A stretch of 64,000 nt of DNA, taken from Vicugna vicugna. Lineage: Eukaryota. Location of the stretch: assembly GCA_013265495.1 (NCBI GenBank), contig MU058444.1, forward strand, positions 1,736,001 through 1,800,000, in the 5' to 3' direction. Shown here piece by piece: positions 25,750-40,364 of this stretch (the first letter of the stretch is position 1; the number at the start of each line of letters is the position of its first letter). Made by a program: the position numbers and the translations under genes. The notes beneath the pieces are model-generated. The model was not told where the DNA came from, did not search any database, and was given only the letters and a program-made list of their open reading frames with translations.

Positions 25750-28710
25750 CCAGCCCTACAACATGAGAAAAGAAGGAAAATGAAAAATCAGTATCTAAGC
25801 TTCCACCTAGAGAAATAACAACAAATTAAACCTAAAAGGTAAAAAAAAAAAAAGAACAATCAATAAAATAGAAACAATAAAATTAGAGTTCTTTGAGCAA
25901 ATAGATATACTTAAAAACCCTAGAAAGAATAATCAAGAAATAAGACAGAAAACATAAATCACCTAAGTCAATATTGAAAAAGGAGATGCCACTACAGACC
26001 CTACAGACATTAAAAGGACAATGAGTAGACAGATGGAATGGACAGTCTTATAATACACTATTTACTGAAATGGATCTAAACAGAAATTATTAAAGAAATT
26101 GAATTTTTTAACCAAAAAGTTGCCCACAAAGAAAACTCCAGTTTCCAATAGTTTCATCAGTAATTTCTACCAAACATTTAAAGAAAGTAATAATAATAAT
26201 AATCAAACACTTTGATGAAATGAAATGAAATGAAAATAGAGGAAAAATCTCCCCAGCTTCTAATATGAGACCAACATAACCCTAATAGAAGAGAAAGATA
26301 TTACAAGAAAACTATAGTTCATTATCTTTCACAACCAGGGTGTAGAAATACATACTGAATTATTAGCAAGTCAAATCTAGCAATCTAGACAAAAGATCAT
26401 GACCAGTGAGGGTTAGCCTAGAGATGCAAGATTGGTTTAACATTTAAAACTCAACTGATACAATTCACATTGCTAAGAAACTGAAAAAGAAAAATCACCT
26501 GAATATCTCAATTTATACAGCAAAGGCATTGAATAAAATTCAACACCCATTCATGATAAAACTCTCGGCAAACTAACAGTAGAAGGGACTTCTTCAACTT
26601 TATAAATGGAAGCCATCTATGAAAAAAATCGACAGCTTAAATCATATTGAATGGTGAAAGACTAAAAGCTTTCTCCCCCAAATCAGTAGAAAGTTAAGGA
26701 TATATTCTCATATCACTTCTATTCAAAACTGTACAGGAAGTCTTAGGCAGCACCACATTCAAAATGAGAATAAAAGATACAAAGACTATTTAAAAAGAAA
26801 GAAAACTGTTAATTATTCACAGACAACATGATTATCTCCATAGAAAACTTTTTGAAATCTACCAAAATACTAGTAGAACTAACAAGTGAACTTAGCAAGG
26901 TCACAGGACACAAGGTTAATAGTTGTTTTTTTTTTAAGTGTAATCTATATACTAGAAACAAAATAGAGCAGTGGATGTAATATATCAAATACTAGCAAAA
27001 GCATCATAAAGCTAGAAATAAAACAACTGAAAAATGTGAAAGTCCTCTACATTAAACTATACAATAATACGTCATTGAGAGAAATTAAAGAGCGTGAATA
27101 GAGAGATCTATACTCATGGGTTAAAAGATTCAATATTGGTCACACATTAATCCTCCTCAAATTGACCTACAGACTCAACACAATCCCAATCAACACCCCA
27201 GCGGATTTTTAAAAGAAATTGACAAATTTACTGTAAAATTCTTATAAAATGCAAATGATTTTGAATTACAAGAACAATTTTAAATGAAGAACAATCTAGA
27301 TAAAGAACAGTCACGATTAAGAAGAGCTAAATTGAATTTGCACCATCTGATTTTGACTTACTATAAAGCTACAGTAATCAAGAAAGTGTGCTGTTGATGT
27401 AAGGATAAATATATAGAATAGAACACAAGACAGTTCAAAAATAGACCCACACTTATATGGTCAATTGATTTGCATTAAAGTGCCAAGGTCATTGAATGGG
27501 AAAGGAAAGGCTTTTCAATAAATGGTGCCAGATCAACTGTATATACAATAAAGTGAGCCTTGACCCCATCTCACTCCACATATAGAAACTAGATGAAGCA
27601 TAGATCTAAAGGTAAAAGCTACAACGATAAGGCTTCTTCTGGGAGAAAACATAAGAGAGTATCTTCCCAACCTTGGGACTGGGCAAATTTTCTTAGGACA
27701 CAAAAACCACTATGAATTTTAAAAATGGATACACATTAGATTTCACCAAAATTAAACATTTCTGTTCCTCCAAAGATATCATTAAGAAGACAAGCCCATA
27801 TTCAGAATAAAATACTTATGAAACATGACTCACATACAGAATGTAAATATTTTTTTAAAAGTCAACAATAAAAAGAAAAACAATCCAATTATTTTTTTAA
27901 TGAGTAAAAGTCTTGAACAGACATGTCACATAAGAAAATACAGAAACGGCCATTAAGCATATTAAATGTTTCTCATCGTTAGTCATCAGAGAAAAGTATC
28001 TTAAAACCACAATAAGATATCATTTCACACTCACTAAAATAGCTAAATTAAAAGACTGGCAATATCAAATGTTTATGAGGCTATTGGAGAAATTGGAACT
28101 CACACACTTTTGGTGAGAGTTAAAAATGATGTAACCACTTCAGAGAACCGTTAGATTCAGTTTCCTATAAAATTAAACTATGACCAGCAATCCTTCTGCT
28201 AAGTATAAAACTTAGAGAAATGAAAACATGTGCCAACAAAAAGACTCTAACAATGTTTGTAGTAGTTTGATTCGTAATAGTGCCAAACTAAAAATAACTC
28301 AAATGCTAGCCCCAGGAAAATGGATAAACAAGTTGTTTGGTTATAGTCACAGAAAGGAACAGAGCAACAACAACAAAAAAAATGAACTATTGTTATACCC
28401 AAGAACATGAGTAATTTTAAATGCATTTGGTTAAATGAAAGAAGCCAAACACAAAAGAATACTGAGAGCATGATTTCAGTAATATGAAGTCCCAAGATAC
28501 AAAACCAATCTGCGGTGTTAGAAATCAGGAAACATTTGCCTTTGATGAGCGAAGTCAACTGGAACGTGGTACAAATAAACTTGCTGGGTGTGAGAAATAT
28601 TCTACATTTGCAGCGATGGTAGTCAGGAGCATAAATTGGTCTAAAGCCATTCAGCAGAAGGCTTAAAACCTGTATAATTTGTTGTATATAATTTACACCT
28701 CAGTGAAAAA
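25750..28710 (+). mobile_element. Old L1 (L1M-class) ORF2 through 3'UTR, decayed
   Basis: About 3 kb of A-rich sequence with L1 ORF2 motifs (aaaattcaacacccattcatgataaaactctc, attcacagacaacatgatt, actataaagctacagtaatcaag, tttcaataaatggtgc) and many stops. Confidence 0.85.
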
Positions 28711-29267
28711 CAATGAATCCAAAATCATCACTGTCATTTTTAAAATGAGGCTGGTTGTCTGGACAAAGAGCTATAAAGGTCAAAAAATGTCAGTGAGAGG
28801 CATTTTTGGTGAGTCATTACCAGGATGTACTGTTTTATGGCAACAGTGTGTACTAATAAAAATTGACTAACTTCCTCCCCAAAAGCCTCAAAATTAAGTT
28901 ATTCTGCTCCTCTACCAAAAAAAACCCCTCATTATTTGTATGCACCATCTAATTCCTTCAGAATCCTTGGGCTACAGTGCATGTCTAACTGCATTATATT
29001 TGAGATTGACAGCCGTTAAAGCAGATTATATGAAAAGGGCATTGAATACATACTACAGCCATGTGATTTAACCATTGAAAGACATAACTGGGATATTCCA
29101 TAAATACATTTTACAGCTATTTTATTGTACAATATACTCAGCATATATACTGAGGCATAACCAGTTTTACCATTTACTTCAGTCACCTGAGGAGCTGGTT
29201 AACATACGGATGCCCTAGCCCTACCTACACATTAGTTTCAGATTGCAGGGCAAGGGGCCAAACATAT

Positions 29268-29313
29268 AAAATGAAATGAAGTGAAGTGAAGTGAAGTGAA
29301 GTGAAGTGACGTG
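29268..29313. repeat. (GAAAT/GAAGT)n pentanucleotide microsatellite
   Basis: aaatgaaatgaagtgaagtgaagtgaagtgaagtgaagtgacgtg. Confidence 0.9.
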
Positions 29314-29459
29314 CCTCCCACTTGCTAATGTGCACCAAAGTTCTAGGAATTCTAGTATAAGGCAAAGCAGAAATGATAAGAAAAAAATAAGCCTCCTATC
29401 CCCCAGTAGAGCAAGGTAGCAACCCCAAATAGGAAACCCTAACTCAGAAAATCTTCACA

Positions 29460-29650
29460 AGCAAAATTTCTAAGAGTTGGCTACTAGACGTGTGGTCAGG
29501 CAACTTTAGCATCCCCATATTTTGAATGGTAACATGCACACAAGCCACTTAAGAGATCTTGTTTAAACTGCAGATTCTGATTCAGTAGGTTTGGTTTACA
29601 ACCTAGGATCATTCACATCTAACAGGCTCCCAGGTGATGCTTTAGACATG
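29460..29650. mobile_element. MER5-like hAT-Charlie DNA transposon remnant
   Basis: cttgtttaaactgcagattctgattcagtaggtttgg...aacaggctcccaggtgatgc. Confidence 0.6.
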
Positions 29651-30149
29651 GAAGATTCTGTTTTGGAAAAATGGAACCTTTCAATGCTACTCTTTCAATC
29701 CAAAGAGTTCTTTATGGATAATGAAAAAGGAGGAAATTACTTTTAACAGACTGTAAAAATTAAACTGAGCTCGCCTGTTCATGTGGAATATGCATGAGGC
29801 AAACTATACACCAGGCAACCCAGGTGATAGATTTAACACTGCCACCAACCAGCTATAATTTAATATCTTTCTTATAGTGGTCTACTGTTCAAAAAAAAAA
29901 GGGATGAAACTGGCTATCTGTAACCTTTCTTTCAACTACAGAGACAATGATTCATCTTCCGTAACCTCACAGGATTGTCATGATGAAATTTTACAATCTA
30001 CAATGCTGGAGACAACAGTGTGTCATTTAACCTGGGCAAGAGTGGAGGAAAGTGACTCTGACTTGGGTACCACGGCTTGCCTGCCGCAGGCATCAGTAAC
30101 AGTCCCACAACCCCAACTCAGCTTCTCTCACTCCTAAATTCTTCCCCCT

Positions 30150-30700
30150 ATATTCATACAACGACAAATATTTATCAAGTGCCTATGGTGTGACGGATAA
30201 CTCTTCTATGGGCTGGGAATTCGGAAGTGACCCAGCTAGACAAGGAATCTGCTTTCATGCCGTTCATGCGCCAGAGCCTAAATGATTGGGTGAGATCATT
30301 TCAGATAGTGGTGGGAGCTACCAAGAAATGGAAACAGTAACGTAACAGCACTTGGGCCAGGAGCAGAGGAAGGGCTGCTTCCCACTTGGAGGTCAGAGAC
30401 GGCATCTGCGATGGGACCCTGAGCATCTTGACCGACGGGAAGGAGACATCCTTGCCCAGAACTGAGGACCACCCTGCCGCCTGCGGATGGAGCACGTGCG
30501 GCTGGTTCTAGGAACAGAAGGAAGGTCCAGGAACCAGAGTGAGGGAGCAGGAGGAAGAAGGGCAGGGGCTGCTGTGAGGTAGGAGGACCCCACATGGTCT
30601 GTTACCTTCAGAACGGTTTCCTCTAAATACAGCGTGAATCCTGGAGGGTGTTAGGCATGCGCGCATTACCACGAGATTTTCACACTGAGTAGAGCATCCC
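30150..30700 (-). mobile_element. L2 fragment, locally GC-enriched
   Basis: attcatacaacgacaaatatttatcaagtgcctatggtgtg...ctaggaacagaaggaaggtccag. Confidence 0.6.
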
Positions 30701-30740
30701 ACTTTCAAAGTCAAAATTCTCTAGCATTTAAGAATTGGTT

Positions 30741-30954
30741 TGAAGTTTGCAAATACTAACTACTATATGTAAAATAAACAACGAGTTGATACTGTAGAGC
30801 ACAGGGAACTATATTCAATATCTTGTAGTAACCTTTAATGAAAAAAAGTATGAAAACGAATATATGTATGTATATGTATGACTGGCACATTATGCTGTAC
30901 ACCAGAAATTGACACATTGTAAACTGATTACAGTTCAATAAAAAATAAAAAAAA
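30741..30954 (+). mobile_element. Lineage-specific L1 3' end
   Basis: actaactactatatgtaaaataaac...gcacagggaactatattcaatatcttgtag...ttcaataaaaaataaaa. Confidence 0.88.
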
Positions 30955-32589
30955 TTAGGTGATTCCCAGAGAAACTGTCAACTGATGATTATCCTATTTA
31001 TTTTTCTTCTCTCTTCCATTTCTTTATCTGCTGTATCATAGTCTACTGCCACCACCACTAATATTTTATTAAAATCAAAATAGATACTTGTAAGTAAATT
31101 TCTGATAACACTGGATACAAATGAAAGCAAACGCCTGGTCTCCTTGCAATTAATGTATCTTTCCTTGGGTCCACTGGCTGGAAAGGCACCACCAGGAATG
31201 CAGAAATGCTTTGAAAAAGAGGGACTATCCTGAAAAATGCCATCTCCAAAAGTGATTGCTGAGCTTGGTTGTAAAACCTTCAGACAAATTTGAAGACTAA
31301 AAAAAGTCCCCTCGTGAGACATCAACCCTCATCTTTGAACTAAATTGTAAAAGAAGGAAAGGTGGGGAAAGAGAAATTCTGGTCCCCACGGTTTTACAAA
31401 CACACGTGTATTGTGTTCTGTATTTCTAACATCAAGGTAGTAGAAGGAAGCGCCAGATGGGACAGGTGGAAGAGAGAAGGGCAAAATGCTGGCAAACCAG
31501 TGAAAGGATCAAGAATGAGTTCTTGTATATACGTCTGTGTGTAGACTTTGGTTTGTTCGAGTTATCATTAAAACAACAGAAGTACATTTAGAACTTTCGG
31601 AATTTCATACGTCAAATAATGCCCTCCAAAATATGTAATTCATCAATGCCACCTCGATAGTGGGTAACAATTAACGGTTAACTACACAACGGACATTTGT
31701 CATCCTATTTCTCTAGACAACAACTTAGCATGGTAGGCAGACAGGTAATTATAAATCCCCATTTAATAGGCAGGAGGCTAACAGATTCCAGGGAGCTTCT
31801 GTTTTGCACTTTGCAGAGTTTGCTTCGTACATTGCAAAGTGGGAGACCGCTTTCTTAATCTGTTTGTGGGACACGTTACATAGCATCCATTTAAGCTGCA
31901 CAAGAAAAAGTGAATGACAGTAATTTGATTGTCTGTAGTTTGGGAGAGTGATTTAAAATCCCATCTGGCCATAGCAGCTTCTAAATAGTCAAGCAAAGAA
32001 AGAATATACGTGTCTGTGTAATCATCCGAAATGAGACCAGTAAAAGATGCCCAAGGAACATGCAGTACAGAGTATTTTATTTGCCTGTGGCACCAAGTCC
32101 ACTGAAATCAGGCCGTGGGATGCCGCTGGTCATTTTAAGTGTGCTTATGAATGCAGCTCTTTTTTTCTATCCCGGAATTCCTCTTATATTAACATATATT
32201 AGCATAATTTTTTTTTCTTAACACAACTCAAATTTTTGCAACTATTATATCAGAAAAGCAAAGACATCCCCAAAGGAAAAGCTAATAAAATTTTAAACAT
32301 CTAACCCAGGTCAAATTGTTCTCCAACCTCCTAATCTTCCATTTCTTCCACGATCCACCACGAAGAATGCGGAGTAACAAGTCATATGATGTGATTCTCG
32401 TCTTAGATGCGTGCCTACTTGGAAAATAAAATATAGGCATATGCAAAGCTAAATAGAAATCCAGGGTAATAAACAGACAGTAAATGGCACAGACAGAAGA
32501 GGAGCCAGGGTGAAAGAAAATGGGTGGAAATGAGCAATTCATATTCAGGTGATACAAATAAAACCATCAAAACAAAACTCTGGCCCCTC

Positions 32590-33660
32590 AGCTGTGGCTT
32601 CTAAATACCATTTCCCATTAAAAGAAACCAGGGCTCCTTAGGGAGAATAGCAGATTCCAGATCTGGAGGACATGAGACAGAGAAATCTTGTCATTCTAAA
32701 AACAAAGGAAGTCTCAAAAGCTGCCCGGATTAGATCAAAAGGACCCAAGAGCTAAGTTGAGGTGCTCCTATTAGCTAAAGATAAATCCGTTGGATCATTA
32801 AAAACACCAGAAATTGACACAGCATTGTAAACTGACTATAACTCAATAAAATAATAAGAAAAAGAAGAACTACAATGAATTGAAGTATAACAATTTACTC
32901 AACCTTTGAGTCCAAAAAAGATACATAAAAACAAAAACAAACATAAAAAAAAAAACCCAACCACCCTTGATCACTTTCAAGGTTGCTAGGACTCAAATAA
33001 ACAAAAAGCATCAAGCATTTCTCCTCCTTTTCTTACAATGAATAATACTTCAGGGTAAAAAAAACAGTTAATGAGGCAAGAGATAAGAAATGCCAGAGGA
33101 CTATAACAGAATGAGAGAAATCATATTTTGCAAGTGCTAATGACATACGAGGTCTAGCAGAGGCTCACCCGTGCTGCAATATGACTGGGTGAAAGGTGAG
33201 AGAGGAAACCAGGACAGGTGCACTGTGCTTGACCACGCCTGAACACACTCACCTACTTCAGCATCATTAAAGTAGGGTAAGACATACGTTCCTCCAGACA
33301 TGACATAATGGAGCACATTTCCATCTGTGAGTTATTTTTGGCCAATAAAAAGGAAAACTTGAATCTACCCAAGTCTTGGTATTTACCCAATTATAAGAAA
33401 TTCGGGACTGTGTTCAACGACACCAAGAGGATGAAATTAGCCAGAATGAAAACTTGTACAATTAATAAATGTCACAAAAACTCAAGTAGGGGGACTTAAG
33501 AGACAGATCAATTACATGCAATGGTGAAAGCTGTTGGAATCCTAAATCAAACAACAAATGGTAGATATTTTTGAGACAGAGAAAATTGTACGTGGACTGG
33601 ATATTAGGTGATACTCACCATTTTAAAAAATTCACTGGGTGTGATAGGAGCATGGTGGTT
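32590..33660 (+). mobile_element. Old L1MC/MD-like 3' region with a short younger L1 tail at ~32803-32860
   Basis: ttctaaataccatttcccattaaaagaaaccagggctcctt and ggactggatattaggtgata. Inner tail acaccagaaattgacacagcattgtaaactgactataactcaataaa. Confidence 0.6.
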
Positions 33661-36600
33661 TGTTTGTTTTAGCTTCTTATGTATTCAAAGAATAAAAATA
33701 ATATAAAAATAGATATAATACAAATAGATATAAAAATAACAAAAGTACCAATCACCCAGTGGGGAAAGAAAATTTGTAACAGACATAATCAACAAAAAAT
33801 TGTACCCAGAACACAAATGCTCTACATTTTTTCTAAGATGAATAGTAAACCCAGTCTGTTTCATCTGTCTTTTTCTTACTTTAACCATTTTAATGGTCAG
33901 AGTTTACTAAAAGACATATGTCACAAACTAAATTCCTAGGTGTGGCTAATAGCAGCAGTACACTCACAGAGCACACATGATAATAATGTAGACACTAAGC
34001 CATGGAGGGAAGAAACTATATTGAATTATTTAATTCCATTCCAAAAAAAAAAAAAAAAAAACCTTCCTCTGGTTTGCAGAGTTTCTATTCTAGACTAATT
34101 AACCAAATTGGAGGGTAGGGGGGCTGTTGCTTAAATGTGTATGTGATACACACAGTAATGAGTGCAATCCCCCCTTTTTAAAAACAAATGTTATTTCACT
34201 GGGTTATGCTCCAAAAACACAAATTTATTTTTCTTCATTAAGTAGCCCCCACACACAATTTCTAGTTTCACATTCAACTAATTCAAAACTGCCTAATTAA
34301 TAAAACACTTCTATACTTTTATTAAAACTCAGTGAATGGTCATGCCTCTATCTGCAATTTTAAGCATGATGTTATATGAGAAGTTATTTTTCTGATTTTT
34401 TTTGTCACCAAGTCTGATGAGTTTCAAAGATTGTGAAATTGTCAAGAGAACACTGGAGAAAAAGATGGCGCCAATTCAAATTTCCTGGAGAGTTTAAGAG
34501 ACGTGGTGTAACCTGAATAACTTACTCCTAAATCATTCTTAATTCTAAGAGAATCAGTGCTAAGCGTTTCATTAACATTCCTTATGTTCAAACCATAGTT
34601 ATGATACACTGGAGGGTTTCCTGGAAATACGTCATGGTAACTTGGGGCCTCATATAATTTGGTATGTACTGTGTACTTAGGTTCATTTTTAAAGGTTTAG
34701 ATCATTATTTGTCTAATTATCACGGCTCTAGGACTGTGACTGCGAGATAACCATTGACGTATTATCTAGTGTTAATTGCCAGTCAGGAACAGAGCCCCTT
34801 ACAAAATAACAAGATTCCTACAACAAAAAAGAGCCACTTAATAAGCGATTTTATAATATAGTTTTGTTACAAATACAGTAACTGATCCTCCTCTAAGGTA
34901 TCCTAGGTTTACAGGAGAAATTCTAGGTTTGTTAAATGAGTAACACATCCATAAAGGCAGCATTTAAGTAGAAGAATGATTATAATTATCTTCCTGCACT
35001 TACAACTTTTCCCTTTCAAGGAAAACAACTAATCGGAGAAAATTAAAACACATGGCACTTGTGTGAAACCCAAGAGAAGACAAGGGAAAACTAGAATTCA
35101 AAATCGTTGACAAAGAAACAAAATATCACCAAGGAAAAGACACGCAAAAACAGGCAAAGGATAGATACGAAGCGTCATTATCACCTAGTTTAATAATGTA
35201 CTTGAAAGTCCTTCGGGATTTCTAAGAATGCTTTATACAAAGACGTTGAATGCATGGTTTCCACAGTTAGGAATTTCTACACTAGCTTATCAAAGTAGGA
35301 CAAATAAGGGATATATACTCAAAAATTATTAGAATTGTTTTTATCCATGAATAATGAATATCTCTCTGCTACAAATCAATGAGTGAAAGCACTATGGGGC
35401 TTAAAAAACAGACTGGGTGTTGGAAGGCAATATTTAGCCTGATTCTGCCATCATTTAAATGTAAGCAAGACACAAGGAAAAACTCAGCTGGAATTGTCTC
35501 TGGGCCTTGGTTTCTTTTCTACAAAAAGAAAAGGATTGACCAGCCTGACATTCTGCGAGTCTGTGATAATCAGCAAAATCAATTTACATGGATTTCTTTT
35601 GTATTTTTTAAACAAAAGTATAACTATACAATTGCATTGCTGGCTGTTTTAAAAAAAAAAAAAAGCAAATCATAGACATTTAAGAAACAAGTCTAAGAGC
35701 TCAGATGCTGTATTCCAGCGGATAAAGTACAAATATGGGGTGTTGATTAGAGATACTGTGTAGAGTTCACCGCGTGGTAAGCAGTGCTTTCATTTTCAGC
35801 TGTGCACGGATTATTCTCATCCACCCAATCGTTCCTTGTCCAAGATCCTCACAACCAGTCACATCTACTACTTCACTAATCATTCACTGTGAAGAATCAT
35901 CTCTCCAACTAGTAAGTATCTTGTTAATGTGCCGCTGGTATTCACATCCTGCTCTACCGATCACTAGCCTGGGCGTGTTCTCAACCCTGGCTTGGTCACA
36001 GTTTCTTCATCTGAAACAACCAACAGCTCTCCTAGGACTACTGCGAAAAATTAAATGAGACAGTAAAACTCTGGCTCGTGTGAGGTTAAATAGTGAAAAG
36101 CGAATTTATAGTCATTCCTTACCCTTCCTAATTCCTAATGACCAACAGGAGAGTTTCTTCTCTATGTGTTTTTACCCTGCAGAGTCCTTCCCAGTGCTAA
36201 GTCCACAGAAGGCACGGAAATATTCGTAGCATCGCTGGCTCGAGAAGAATGTATTGACAATCAACCTGTGTCAGGCTTTGGGGTAGGCATGGGGAAAAAA
36301 TTAAAATGAAGAAGGTGACAGCTCTTTGAAGATTTCTAGACCGGCTAGATACCACGTAGCTGGTTACTAGAAGTATGAAGTCATTTTAACATAACTTGGG
36401 TCAACTGTAACTAGAGGTTGACCAAGTATTTAAAAACTACAAGACAAAAGTAACCAAAAAATGCATATTAGTACCTAAATAGGAAAGATTTTAGGCTATG
36501 GCCATTGTTCACCTCCCTAAATGAAAAGGTCCCTTGGAGTTAAACTTTAATGGGAAAAATGTGCATTTTTGTCTAACTGGAAACCTGTTTTCTTTTTCTT

Positions 36601-37221
36601 GGAGCAGGAATCGCAGGAAAAACATTGCCGAGATTCAAGTTCCATGATAAGAAGGTTAAAAAAAAAAAGTTTTCATAGACGGGGTGAAATCATGTTTCCA
36701 TGGAAACCCTGAACTGGTTTGTTGGCGATTTTGGTGATAATTTCAACGACAGAAAACACATCTGGCACCTTCAGAAATGTACCCCAGCTTACCATGAATA
36801 TCGTTTTCAAGTGACAACCAAAGACACGGAAAGCACTTCACTGGATTAAAGACATCTTTTAAAATTTCTTTAATCATTACCAACTTCACCTGGCAGAGAA
36901 ATCATTTAAATTGGAAACAAATCCGGTGAACCGAACTGTGCCAGGACAAACAGCATCCAGAAAATGGTTCTCCTGATCCCAGTGCTGGAGCAAGGGCTTC
37001 CTCCATTCCAGACTCACCGAGTCTGTGGGCTCAACAGCCTTTACTGAATCACGATATCAAAAACAGACTCAAAGTCCAATCCCTCACAGGCAAGGCTACT
37101 TTTTTTTCATTTAGATTATTATTTTTTCCAAATTAGAGATCTATTCGATCATTGGTATATAGTTGTTATGCCACAAATAAGACATGAAAATGATTTTTTA
37201 TATATTTTTGCCCCACGTCTA

Positions 37222-37520
37222 ATTTTTTTTAATTTTTTTATTAAAGTGTAGTTGATTTACAATGTTGGTTTCAGGTGTACAGCAAAATGGTTCAGTTATA
37301 CATACACACACATATGCATTTTTTTCTTTTCAGATTCTTTTCTATTATATGTTATTACAAGAAATTGAATAGAGCTCCCTATGACCTACGGTAGGTCCTT
37401 GTTGTTTACCTGTTTTGTATCTAGTAGTGTGTGTCTGTTACTCCCCAGCCCCTAAATTCATCCCTCCCCCGCCTTTCCCCTTTGGTAACCATAGTTTTTC
37501 TATGTCTGCAAGTCTGTTTG
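37222..37520 (-). mobile_element. L1 3' end
   Basis: T tract then ttaaagtgtagttgatttacaatgttggtttcaggtgtacagc...ctttggtaaccatagttt. Confidence 0.88.
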
Positions 37521-37779
37521 GTTTGAAAATAGAATCTGTAAAGATTTACCCTTCTTTAAGGACTTCACTGTCATACAGGGATAGCTCCAGCCTCTGAATT
37601 TGCATCTTATGAATTTCTTTGGCGTGACTCCGAGCTTTCAGACGTAAGAGACAAATATGTACCTGAACAATCAACTCTGAATTAAAACTGTCACACAGCC
37701 TTGTTCGGCTCTTCATCACATCCGATAACTCTCTCACAATCACATTTCACTGAAGCTTCATCTTCTACGCTTTATGCAC

Positions 37780-38200
37780 CCAACAATTTCAAAACTGGGA
37801 AACTGGCAATTCATTCTGGAAGGATCATTCTTGTCTCGACTCTCTTGCTTGCAAGTTGTCTCCCTCCCGTCACGGCCAAGCTTCCCGACCAGGGTCTCCG
37901 TCCTGCTCCCTCCGTTTCCTCACCTCCCGCTGCAGCTGCACCCCCGCCAGCCCAGCGCCTGACTCCAGCGGGCTGTGGAAACTGCTCCCGTGTAAGGGCT
38001 CCGGTGACTTCCCAGCTGCCAAAGTCAGTCAGCTCTGTCTGGCCATCTTTCTTAACTTGCCTGCGTTTGGCTCATACAGATGGCTATTTTTTTTCTTTTT
38101 TTCTTTAATTGGAACTTTCTCCCTAAGGCTTCCTGACTTATTTTCAGACTTTTCTGTGGGTCCCCTCTACTGTCCGATATGGATTTGGGTTCCTGGGGTT
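37780..38200 (+). mobile_element. L2 ORF2 (RT region) fragment, GC-shifted
   Basis: cacggccaagcttcccgaccagggtctcc...tttcctcacctccc...gaaactgctcccgtgtaagggctccggtgacttcccagctgccaaagtcag resembles the recalled L2 RT consensus. Confidence 0.6.
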
Positions 38201-38264
38201 TAGCCAGAGCCTCTACCTTCTCTTTGGGTTTTTTTTTTTTTTCCTATGGGTATTTTAATGGGAG

Positions 38265-38357
38265 TTTTTTTTTATTATTTTTTTTAATTGAAATATAGTC
38301 GGCTTACAATGTTGTGTTAATTTCCAGGGTACAGCATAGTGATTCAGATATATATAT

Positions 38358-38396
<39 letters not shown>

Positions 38397-38592
38397 TATA
38401 TTCCTTTTCATATTCTTTTTCATTATAGGCCATTACAAGGTATTGAATATAGTTCCCTGTGCTGTACAGTAGGACCTTGTTGTTTATCTATCTTATATAT
38501 AATAGTGTGTATCTGCAAATCCCAAGCTTCCAATTTATCCCTCCACACCCCCTCCTCACACCCTGGTAACCACAAGTTTGTTTCCTATGTCT
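38265..38592 (-). mobile_element. L1 3' end with internal (TA)(CA)n microsatellite
   Basis: tttaattgaaatatagtcggcttacaatgttgtg...gaatatagttccctgtgctgtacagtagg...ctggtaaccacaagtttgtt. Confidence 0.88.
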
Positions 38593-40204
38593 GCCTCTAC
38601 TTTTCTGATTCTGCAAACTCTCACTGGAGAAATTTAGCCTCCCCTACATCTTTAACTACCATGTTGATACTACTGAATCACAAAGTTTTATCTTCAAGAG
38701 CACACTTCACTCTTTCAGTCAAGAGTCTATTTTCAAATAATTATATCCAAAAATGTAACGAACATCAACTTTTATATAGCTGACATGCATCTCAGTTCCA
38801 ACAAATCTTTTTGTGAGCTCAAAGTCTATTTGTAAAAATTTGCTATCCTCTTCCCGTCCTCTCTTCAAGTAACGACTCTACCATTTACACCGCTACCCTA
38901 AATCACAACCATGAGTGTCTTCCAAAGCTATTTTCTGTCCCTCCTCTCTCACCGCTAACAACTGCATCCACTGCCACTGTCGTAGGCTTGGGGATTTATC
39001 ATGCTACATCCACCCATGCTACTGAAATAGATGCAGAAGAAAACATTTGCTAATTTCAACACGTATTCATTATTTCTAAATATACAACACCCATTCTTGA
39101 TTTTAAAATGAAAAGACAAGTTTTTTAAATACAACAAAACCAAAAACCATGAGTAAATATAATATTTAACGGTGAAATGTTAAAAGAATTCTCTTTCAAT
39201 AAAGTTAGAAATAATACATGAATGTCTGCAATCACCTCTACTTAGCACTGTAACAGACACTCTAAGAAAATAAGAAAACAAAAATAAGGTAAAAGGATTG
39301 AGAAAGAAATAAAATTATCAATATTAGGGAAAATTATCTAAATAAAAAAACTTCCATAAAAAATCATTTAAAATAACAATAGATGTCAGCTGAGTTGTTG
39401 CAAACAAAACTAAGCTTTTTAAAACCAAATACCGTTCCCTTATTCCAGCAGCAAGAAATTCCAAAGTGTATTTTTGAAACTATTATTCACAGTAGCCATA
39501 AAATAATGGCATGTCAACAGAACAAAATTATAGTTGAAGGAGAAAATGTTCTAAAGATATGGAAAAATATGTGCATTCATATGGCAAGACTTCATATCAT
39601 AAAGATGACAGATTTTCCATCCAATTAATCTGTGCATTCAATGCAATTCTCATCAAAACTGAGATGTTTCGTGTCTGAGTGTAAGTGTGGAAAGTATAAG
39701 CTGATCAAAAAATGTAAATGGAAGGAAAACAGACCAAATTCAGCTGAAACAATTTGGAGGAAGGAAAATAAGGAAGGAATCATTTTGTACTACCAGATCA
39801 TAAATTTTGTTTAAAAACTACAGTAATTATAAAGAATCACTATTGATAAAAGATTAGACTGGAATAGTGGGTCTAAAGAAAGATTCAAGAAACAAACCCA
39901 GCTATACACGGGAACTTGTTATAGGAGAGAAGTCACACTATAAATGAGCTGTGAAGAGATGGACAGTTGCATAAATGTGCTGTAATTGGTAATCATACAG
40001 GAGAGGGTTAATGTGAATAAAACCATAGCCCTGTTATGCTGTATAACATACAAAAGCCAAGCACAGCTGGGTTAGAGACCTAAGTGTGTAAGGCGAAACT
40101 GTGAAACTCTTGGGGGAATATATAAGGTAACTTTTTAACATTGGGAAAGGAAAAAATTTATATTTTCATTTAAAAGGTATCATAAAGTTAAAAGACAAAC
40201 TTAA

Positions 40205-40364
40205 GAGGGGAGGGTAGCGCTCAGTGGCAGAGCACATGCTTAGCAGGCACAAGGTCCTGGGTTCCATCCCGGGTACTTCCATCAAATAAATAAATAAATA
40301 AATAAACCTAATTACCTCCTCCCACCAAAAAAAAAAAAAAAAAATTAAATAAATTTTAAAAATA
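40205..40364 (+). mobile_element. tRNA-derived SINE (Vic-1-like)
   Basis: GGGAGGGTAGCGCTCAGTGGCAGAGCACATGCTTAGC...GGGTTCCATCCC, then (TAAA)n-CCTAATTACCTCC-polyA. Imperfect TSD AAAGACAAA..TAA. Confidence 0.9.

Noticed and set aside
37701..38203. Overlapping Pro/Ala-rich ORFs
   Set aside because: Explained by a GC-shifted L2 fragment; no splice or domain support.
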